Below, piece by piece: positions 55,160 through 64,000 of a stretch of DNA of 64,000 nucleotides. Within the stretch, counting starts at the first letter, position 1; each line of letters begins with the position of its first letter. Below the pieces are notes generated by a model that saw only the letters and a list, made by a program, of their open reading frames with translations, was not told where the DNA came from and did no database searches. Made by a program: the position numbers and the translations under genes. This DNA comes from the human T2T-CHM13v2.0 reference genome, Homo sapiens: assembly GCF_009914755.1 (NCBI RefSeq), contig NC_060934.1; one strand, 5' to 3'.

Positions 55160-55309
55160 TATATCCTGTTGTAACTGAGAAAGTTATCACATACATAAGA
55201 ACACATTTACTTTCATTTTATTTTTCTCCTACAGTATATCCTGTTGTAACTGAGAAAGTTATTACATACATAAGAACACATTTACTTTCATTTTATTTTT
55301 CTCCTACAG
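55160..55309. repeat. Tandem duplication, 2 x 75 bp, one mismatch
   Basis: 55160-55234 and 55235-55309 differ only at C55188 versus T55263. Confidence 0.97.
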
Positions 55310-55679
55310 AGCGTCCTATATTTCTGTAAACTGGATTACAGGGTACTTAGAAGAACGAGCTTGCTTGTCACTGAAGTATGCAGCCTCTTAAGTAAAATCC
55401 AAGCCCTATTTCATCATCATGTTTATTCTGAGAATAGAATTGAAGAGGACCACATATGGTTGAAATTATAGGGAGGGTTGAGGTGGGCAGAATCTGGCCC
55501 AGTGGAATCATCCAATTTGGAAATAATCCATGAAAACTGTTTGGCAGTTTTAGCCATGCCCCTGCTTCCCATCGCCTACCCCCTGCCCCAACTTCCAAAG
55601 AGCATATAAATTTAGTGTTGGTGATGAAAATAGGAAGAGAGAACTTTGATTTGCAGTTAACATGAAAGGAAATATACAC

Positions 55680-56049
55680 TGTTTTAGTCCATCTGGGCTG
55701 TTATTACGAAATACTACAAACTGTGTAGCTTATAAACAACAGAAATTTATTTTTCACAGTTCTGGAGTTTGGAAGATTCTGTGTCTGGAGGCGCTGGCGT
55801 ATTTAGTGTCTGGTGAAGGCCCCCTTTCACATACGTGTTGCCTCCTCTCTGTGTCCTCATGTGGTAGAAGAAGCTAGCTAGTTCACTGGGCTCTCTTTTA
55901 TAAGGGCCCTCATCTCATCCATGAGGGATCTACCCTTACTTATGAACTAATTACCTCCCGAAGACCCTGCCTCCTAATCCCATCCCCTTAAGGGTTAGGA
56001 TTCCAGCATATGCATTTTGAGGAGACGTAGGTATTCAGTCCATTGTGCA
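55680..56049 (-). mobile_element. MLT1A0-like MaLR solo LTR
   Basis: 'tgttttagtccatctgggctg...cttataaacaacagaaatttatt.ttcacagttctggag...catccatgaggg...attcagtccattg'. Confidence 0.88.
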
Positions 56050-56553
56050 CACCAAATTATGAATTAATGTATTAATATATAATTGTATCCAAAGAAAGGT
56101 CTACCAGGAACCCATATTTGTTTGCTGATTTGCTTGTTTAATATGCTTCATTTCCTCAAAACAAAGGGAAGCATATTTTAGCTTATTTTCCTTTTTAATC
56201 TTTTGTTTTGAGAATCTCTGCCATTGCTAAAGTAGAAAATTATGTTTTCTTAACTTTTTGTTTATTATACGTAAATACATTATTATTAATAATATAAATT
56301 CAGTGTGTATGTATTTCTCTATAGTGAAGGTGTTGCTTTTTAAGTGAATGTGGCTATAAACTGAGACTTTAAAAAATCTCATTGTCATTAAAAAAATACT
56401 GATTTAGAAAAGTTCTAGATTCACTGTATAGAACTCACAGAATATAGAATAGTTGCTAGAGCACAGAAACTAGTACTCTTTTAACTTCTAAGAAAAAGTC
56501 TGGGAATAATGTAGATCCCCTCATCTTTATTTAAGTAATCAAAATTGATTCTG

Positions 56554-56856
56554 TGCTGGGCGCGATGGCTCATGTTTGTAATCCTAGCACTTTGGGAGGC
56601 CAAGGTGAATGGATTGTCTGAGCTCAGGAGTTTGAGATCAGCCTGGGCAACACGGTGAAACACCGCCTCTACTAAAATACAAAAAGTTAGCCAGGTGTGG
56701 TGGCAGGCACCTGTAGTCCCAGCTACTCAGAAGGCTGAGGCATGAGAATTACTTGAACCCGGGATTCAGAGGTTGCAGTGACCCAAGATCACTCCACAGC
56801 ACTCTAGTCTGGGGGACAGAGTGAGACTCTGTCTGCAAAAACAAACGAACAAACAG
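56554..56856 (+). mobile_element. AluS (old, Sz-like)
   Basis: Full dimer; TSD AAAA(T/A)TGATTCTG at 56541-56553 and 56857-56869. Confidence 0.93.
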
Positions 56857-56919
56857 AAAAATGATTCTGCATAATGTGGGGCAGATTATTTATTTACAAA
56901 ATTATTTTTTAGGAAAGAA

Positions 56920-57620
56920 AAAGTTGATTACTAAGATTTAGCTAGATTCACTATGATCAAGTCATGGAGTCAAACTTTACGTTGTTGTTGTTTGCATGAG
57001 TTAATTGGCTGATAGATTACTGGAAAGTCATGGATGTTGTGTATCTGGTTTTTAGCAAGATGTGCATCAGTGTTCCCTATAATGTCTTTATCAATGAGTA
57101 TGAGGGCTGTAAGCTGAGTGATAATTTTGTTAGGCAGATCTTTGGCTGTTTGAATAATCAACTGTAGCAATGTTATTCATTAATGCCAATTTGATGAAAA
57201 CTTTGGTCTGGTTCAATATGTTTATTAATAAATTCACAGAGAAGCTTAATAGCATACTAATACAATTTGAGGATATTAGAAACTAGGAGGGTTAGTTCCT
57301 ATCTTGAATAAGAAGGCAGATCCAAGAACTCCACAGAAATAAACTATGGAGAATAACAGTTATTTAATTTTTTCAAATTATGGATGTGGAGGAAGAAATG
57401 AATTAACTCTGAAATGAGAGCAAGACATAGGACTAACAGATGGAAGTTTCAGGAAAATATATTTTGGCTCAGTAAAAGAAATAAATTACTAAGATTTATA
57501 GTAGTCTGAAACTGAAATTGAGAATTTTTCAGGAGATACTCAACTATTGATGTGAATAGGTGTCCCAGCAACAATTGGACAAGCCCACCGACCACTTGGT
57601 GACATTTTCCACTAGGCATT
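56920..57620 (+). mobile_element. CR1/L3 LINE remnant (RT region and 3' end)
   Basis: Translates to 'VMDVVYLVFSK' (CR1 AVDVVYLDFSKAFD) and 'FNMFINKFTEKLNSILIQFED' (CR1 LFNIFINDL...KFADD). Confidence 0.75.
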
Positions 57621-57731
57621 CAGCATCAGATTCCACAGCGCTTTTGAGGTGGAGGATAAGTAGATAATATGTCTCCATTATTTAGAGGAAATCTCTCACC
57701 TTTGAACTCTTACAGAACTTTAAGTCATTTA

Positions 57732-57766
57732 ATAATTATTCCTGTGTAATGTACAGGAATAATTAT
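57732..57766. repeat. Perfect 14-bp inverted repeat, 7-nt loop
   Basis: ATAATTATTCCTGT / ACAGGAATAATTAT. Confidence 0.9.
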
Positions 57767-59414
57767 ATATATTATAAATATATATGTTTTATATATGGTA
57801 CATATATTTATATATATATATGTGTCTATATCCTATCCCTTTAAGTTCTTTTGATAGAGACATGTCAGTCATCATAGGCTTATAGTGCCTAGCATAATAT
57901 CTTGCACATCAAAAGAGAAAATAGTGAATGAATGAATGAATGATTTCTATAACAATATATTTTCTTCCCTAGGTGAAGGACATCCTAAATTCTTGAGGAT
58001 ACTGTGTATGCCCTGTGTTATAATAGCATGGTGCACACCACACTAGCCCTTCAGGTGTTCTTGTTCTCTTTTTGAATGCTGGTACCCTCAATTTATTATT
58101 CTTGTTTGGATATATCCAATTTACCTTGTTGAACATTATTTACTAACAGCAATCTGTTAGCCACTAGGAATGTAAAGACACATCATAATATGACCTTCTG
58201 AGGGACAAAAATTGAGGCCTATTTATCTTTGTATCCCAAATGCCTGGTGTACAGCTGGTTCTCATAAAATGTTGAATTGCTCCCGGACCAGACTTTAGAG
58301 TTTGGTTTTAAAAGAAAAGCCAGAGTTCAGCAACAGCGAAGGGAATTTAATGTGGAGAAAGAAACATGAACCAAGAGGCACAGCTTAGTGTTGCTGAGAT
58401 CAGGTAAAGCATCCCTGTGACTGGGGCATAAGGTGTGGCAGGGATGAGAGGGCAAGAAAGAGTGGCACAAAAGTGCTTGCAATCACAGCAGGGACTATCA
58501 AGTAAGGGCCTTGAGTGTTGTGCCAAACGACTGTGGAGGTTGAATTTAATCTCATGGACATCTCTAGACTATTCTACTTTAGAGCAACTCTAACCTGTAT
58601 GAACATCTTCCAGTTGCTGGATCATTTTCTTTAGGGATTTTTGGAGGGGGTGGGGAGAATCTCAGGGAAGCATTCATATGTCAAGCAAAGTGACCTAGAC
58701 TTCAGATTTACACTGGAGGCTTCACGGTACCAGGTGTTGAAATCACACATTCTTTGGCACAGAAGCTAGCATTCTCATTTGTGCATACAGTTTATGTCTC
58801 GATTATTCTTTCAGTTGTTTAAAGGTCTGGGATAGATGCATTTAGCCAACGAGTTATGTTATTGTGTCTGCCCTTTGGAAACTTTACTTTGTAGGAAAGC
58901 CTTACTGCTTAGAATGTTCAGAGAAGCTGAGGTTATGGGGCAAGTGACAGGTCTCTTTTCTGAGGCAGCTGCCACACTCTCTTAGTCTAAGTGGATTCTT
59001 CCTGAAATTTGCTTCCCCAAGTGACTACTTGTACTGGTTATGCAGTTGGTTAATTTTAAATTGATGTCAGCATTTGCAGCTAAGTTGATTTGGAAAGCTC
59101 TCTAATTTAACTCTTCATATGTAATCCTGTCCCCAGATCATGATGGTGATAATTTTTACTGCATCTTTAGATTTAAGGTCATTTAAGTAAATTGCTTTTT
59201 GTTGTCTTCCTACTTATGGGAGAAAGAGAGAGAGAGGGGAGACCAAGAGAGCACTAGTGAGCATCAGGTGTGGTTTTTAGGCATGTGGAGTTTCTTCTTA
59301 GAAAAGTTGCTGCTTTCAATTGCATGTACGATGTACATTTAATATACTGAAGAGTTTTGCTTTAGGAATTAAGTAATCATTTTCCTCTGTGCTGCCACAG
59401 TGATTTACACCTTC

Positions 59415-59930
59415 CTGTTAACCTTTCAATGCCTCCCACTTTGCCGAAGATAATACTCCTTCCCCAGACTAATAAAGCCCTACGTGGCCTGGATCCTGCT
59501 TACATTTTCTCTATCCCTGTTGTATAACCACGCTTTGCCCTGTCCAGTCTCTGGAACTTGCACTGTTTCTTTCCATCATGACCGTTATGCAGACTGTTCC
59601 TTTACCTGGAGTGAAATGCACTTTTCTACCTTTTTCCACTACTCACTCCCACCTTTCCTTTGGATTTCAACTCAATTAGCATTACCTCCAGGAATCCTAA
59701 CCTTGTCTGTGTCAAATCCTCTTATAAGCTCAGATATCAGTGACATGTTTGTACTGGTTGGCTATAATTTTACATTAATTTTTATGATGATTTTGTTAAT
59801 ATGTCTCTCCTCCACTAAAATGTAGAAACCTGTCAATTTTGTTCAGCAAGGGTCTCCATGGTAAAGCACCATACCTGGCAGAGAGGAGGTACTCAAACAT
59901 TATTTTATAAATGAGTGAATAAATGATATA
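59415..59930 (+). mobile_element. L2 3' portion
   Basis: 'aacctttcaatgcctccca...aaagccctacgtggcctggatcctgc...ctgttcctttacctgga...atacctggca...aatgagtgaataaatga'. Confidence 0.8.
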
Positions 59931-60109
59931 TTTAAACCCCTTTGGAAACTCATTTCCCAGATAAGAAGGTATTGGTCAATAGTTTGTCTCACACTGAATA
60001 AATGTTCCGTTGTCCATGCCAGTACCAAACTGACTACTTCTTCCAGAAATTTAAGGACTACTATTAGGCTGAGAGTCACTTTAAGGTTTTAAGAAGTCAG
60101 GTGACAAGG

Positions 60110-60254
60110 GTGGAAGTGGTGAAGCTCAGAGCTAGATAACCTTAATTTCAGATCCTCACTCTACAAGTTTGCTTATGAGCTTTTGTGACCACTGAAATGT
60201 ATCTTAGTCTCTCCAAGACTCAGTTTCCCTAACACATAAAAATGGGACTAAAAG
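60110..60254 (+). mobile_element. MIR 5' part (resumes at about 61110-61185)
   Basis: 'cagatcctcactcta...tgtgacc...ctcagtttccct...taaaaatggga'. Confidence 0.7.
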
Positions 60255-60278
60255 CTTCAGTTCAGAAATTTAGTAATG

Positions 60279-60602
<324 letters not shown>

Positions 60603-61095
60603 AGAAATTTAGCAGTGTCTATCAAAATTTAAAATATTCCTAATTTTAACTAAGCAATATCACTTGTAAGTGCTATTTTTCAACACGTACAAGGATATTC
60701 TTTACAGCATTATTAGTAATAATAAAAACTAGAAACTAAATGTTCAGAAAACTAACTAAGTAAATGAAAGAACATTTATTCAGTGGCCACTAAAGAGAAT
60801 AAAAATGAATTAGTTGTGGGAAATTAGATATGGGAACATGAATTCGATATAGGTAAATGTTCAAGATACCATGTGAAATAAAATAGTTTCAGAAGGGTAT
60901 ATGCACAAAGAGACATGCATAGAGGCTTTCTGGGAGATACTCAAAGCATTGGCACTAATGGGTACCTCTGGGAATTTTGATGAGTGATTCATATATGTGT
61001 GCATAGGGGTAGAAGTATTTACTTTTCACATTATACTTTTACTTACTGTTGGTATTTTTACCAAAAAGATGTAGCACTAATATAATTTTTTAAAA
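60603..61095 (+). mobile_element. L1ME-like 3' fragment
   Basis: 'tatcaaaatttaaaat...agcaatatcactt...acaaggatattc..tacagcattattagtaataataaaaactagaaac'. Confidence 0.7.
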
Positions 61096-61188
61096 ACCTC
61101 ATGAAATACAATATTACCCTCTTATGTGGTTGTAAGAATTAGATACACTCGTGTGAAAAATGTCTGGTCCATACTAAAGAGTTAAATT

Positions 61189-61533
61189 CAGTTGTCCCTT
61201 AGTATCCATGGGAGATAGGTTCCAGGACTTCTTACGGATACTGAAATCCAAGGATGCTCAAGTCTTTGACATAAAATGGCATAAAATAGTATTTGCATAT
61301 AACTTATGCACATCCTACCATATACTTTAAATCATCTCTAAATTACTTATAATAATGAATGCAAGTAAATGCTATGTAAATAGTTGTTATACTGTATTGC
61401 TTAGGAAATAGTGACTAGAAAAAAAAAAAGCCTGCACATGTTCAGTACAGATGCAATTTTTTTTTCAAATATATTTGATCCATGATTGGTTAAATCCACG
61501 AATGCAGAACCCATGAATGTGGAGGGCTGGTTG
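61189..61533. mobile_element. MER2 (Tigger-type MITE)
   Basis: 'cagttgtcccttagtatccatggg...ttccaggac...atgctcaagtc...gtatttgcatataac...gaacccatgaatgtggagggctggttg' followed by TA. Confidence 0.9.
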
Positions 61534-63439
61534 TAGGCACTTTAAAGGAAAAATATGGTCATTTTTAAGTGCACTTGCAGAGAGCTTCCAATTTGAAGCC
61601 TCATGAGTTTCAGCTGTCCCCAGTGCCCTGGTTACTGTAAACCATTAAGTCTGGAATTCACCTCTGCATGTCCTAGTCAGCTAGGTTGGCTTCAGCCCTT
61701 CTTGCTGGGAGTGAAAAGGGAGGGAGAAGCCCTCGTTTACTTCAGGAGGTAAAAAGACTCTAGGCTGAGTCTCCAAAGCCTAGATTACAGCAAACATGTT
61801 TTACGTTAAAAATTGGGGAAGTTAAATTTTAGGGGGCAATCCCTGGTTACTTTCTTACTAAAGTTGTATAATTTCCTACTTAAAATTAAAACTCGGAAAC
61901 ATTACTGGCAGTAAGGGAAGGTAACATGAGTTTTCAAACCAGGTACTGAGCACATTAAAATAGACCCAGTCAAAGCTGCATACAGCTTCAATATTCATGC
62001 AATATTCAGGGTGTATATTGCCATGTCAGAGTGAGCAGCCAAATTGTGCGTTTCAGTCTCATGGCTGTCCCCTGAGGAGGAGGCCTAACTTTTAGTCTCC
62101 TCAAAACACAGACCCTCTCCACTACAAAGTGAATGGTCATTCCTTTGCTGCTTGAATCTGGGATTCTTTTTCTTGTACTTAGGGTGTACGGAATTTACCT
62201 TTCTTTGGAATCATCCTTTTTTATGGAGTTCTGCATCTGAACATGACCTGGCCACGCATATGCACACTGAGTAGTTCCATTTCAAACTAGACGTTCTGTT
62301 GAGCTCAGACCATTCTGGAATTATTTGGCAACATCTGAAACATTTTTTTTTTTTTTTTACCTACAACACTTCTAGATGTGACGTTTTCTGGAGAATTGAT
62401 AAACTGATCTGGTAGCTGTTAGTGGCTACCAAGCCAAGTTTTACATTGCAATCTAAATATATTGTTCCTTGTCATGTAATGACATTTATTAGAGAATCTG
62501 GCAAAAGCCCAAATAAAAATACAGGTTTTCACACTGTTTAACAATCTGAGGTTTTATGTCTTTTTGGTGAGGTCATTGAATACCAGTCTCATTTTTACTG
62601 CCTCTATTTTTGAAAACAGTAAACAGTCATATTTTTATTGTCCTACGTGGTTGCACAAACTGACACATTGCCAAGTGGTTCTGACTGAATGCTTTTCACT
62701 TGGCAAACTAAAGGTACTAAAAAGAGGTTCACAGTGGAGACTTATGCATGTAGGGGAGCAATTTCTGTGGGCATGTGTATGTACAAAATAAATCTGTGAA
62801 TTCCAGTAGAGCCAGTATCCAGGACTCTAAAAGTAGAACAGACTGATTTATTTGTGACAATGTACTTCAGCTGAACCTCTGTGCTAGTTTGTTGGCAAAA
62901 CCTAACATATGGCCTTTTAATGAGAGACAGATTAATAATTGCAGATATGAATAATAAAGCAGAAAGATTGGCTGTGCCATCTTTTATTCTAATAAGGAAT
63001 TAGATTTGGTTACTGAAGGAGCAGCTGTTTGCCAGGTATGGTATGCTACTGTTTGAGATAGACACTTTGATGCAAAATGGGACGCTTGATGGTGATGGAC
63101 TTGAAAAAATGGATATGCGATGTGTGTTTAAATTTCTCAAGCCCTATAACAATAAACATTTTACACCCCAATGATTATTATTCTATACCGTCATTCAAAA
63201 ACCTACAAAAAAGACACAGTGACAATGTTTTCTGTCTTGTTGTTCTTTGAGAGAAAAGACCTATGATGGTACCTCAGTGCAATGGAAAAAAAAATTCTTG
63301 ACAAAAGGATCAAATAGAAGTGGTGGCACAGTTTCTGGAATATATGACATTATGTTTAAAATTGAGTGCAAATTCTTGTCCTCCCCTGTGCTAGACACGT
63401 TTCTTTGCCTGCTTGAATCCACAGCTCCTTCAATAGAAT

Positions 63440-63940
63440 CAACCTGCCCCTACCTTGGCTCCTAGAAGTGTCAGCTGCACTTATCAGGTGACCCATTTCC
63501 ATTTCTAGCTATGATTAGTTAGTCAGGGATGGAGCCTAATCAAAAGGGAGCTAACCTATTCATTCAACAGAGGTAAAGCAGATTATTTCTCTCAAGAATT
63601 TGAACAAAGTGGGCTCAAAGACTCAAGATATTCAGTGATGAGCCCCAAAACTGCAGTGCAGTGTACAAAATGGGCTGTGTAGGTGACCATGCTGAGAATA
63701 TGCAAGATACATATGCGCAAGAATGTGAATGGTAGAGATGGAAAGAGCAGGCAAAGATAAGAACCTGGTGGAGAATGTAGAAGTAGAATTGAGAGAGAGC
63801 TAGAAGGAGCAATGTTAGGATTGACATTGTCACTCCGGTTTCTCTGAGACCACGTTTGACATTGTTGTATTCACATAATAACCATCTGTTTACCTAAGCT
63901 ACTTTGAGTGAATTCTATTCCTGTAACCAAAAAAGTCTTC
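63440..63940 (+). mobile_element. Old ERVL/MaLR-type LTR (LTR67B/MLT1-like)
   Basis: 3' end 'ataataaccatc...ttacctaagctactttgagtg..ttct.ttcctgtaaccaaaaaagtc' is typical of these LTRs. Confidence 0.5.
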
Positions 63941-64000
63941 ATGAGAACACCCCATTTTACAATATAATCCTGTGTGCATAACTATGACTTGAGATCTATT

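Overview
Human non-coding genomic DNA: AT-rich, CpG-depleted and with no CpG island. The species call rests on an AluYb8 element, a human-specific subfamily. I found no credible host protein-coding exon, tRNA, rRNA or CRISPR array. The only ORFs with real protein homology are broken ORF2 pieces of a 5'-truncated 3.4-kb L1PA (40688-44103) and reverse-transcriptase remnants of an ancient CR1/L3 (about 56920-57620). The rest is typical repeat content: 12 Alus, old L1/L2/MIR fragments, MaLR/ERVL solo LTRs, DNA transposons (MADE1, MER2, MER5, MER63) and microsatellites. The most interesting signals are structural: an unexplained 73-nt pre-miRNA-like hairpin at 21809-21881, an intact MADE1 (miR-548-type) palindrome with co-varying arms, a young AluYb8, a 75-bp tandem duplication of a strong 3' splice-site motif, several template-switch-like palindromes, and a few + strand candidate small or non-coding exons. 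I cannot identify the host gene or locus, and I see no evidence for a novel multi-gene system. Repeat subfamily calls are from recalled consensus sequences, and boundaries of old repeats are approximate.
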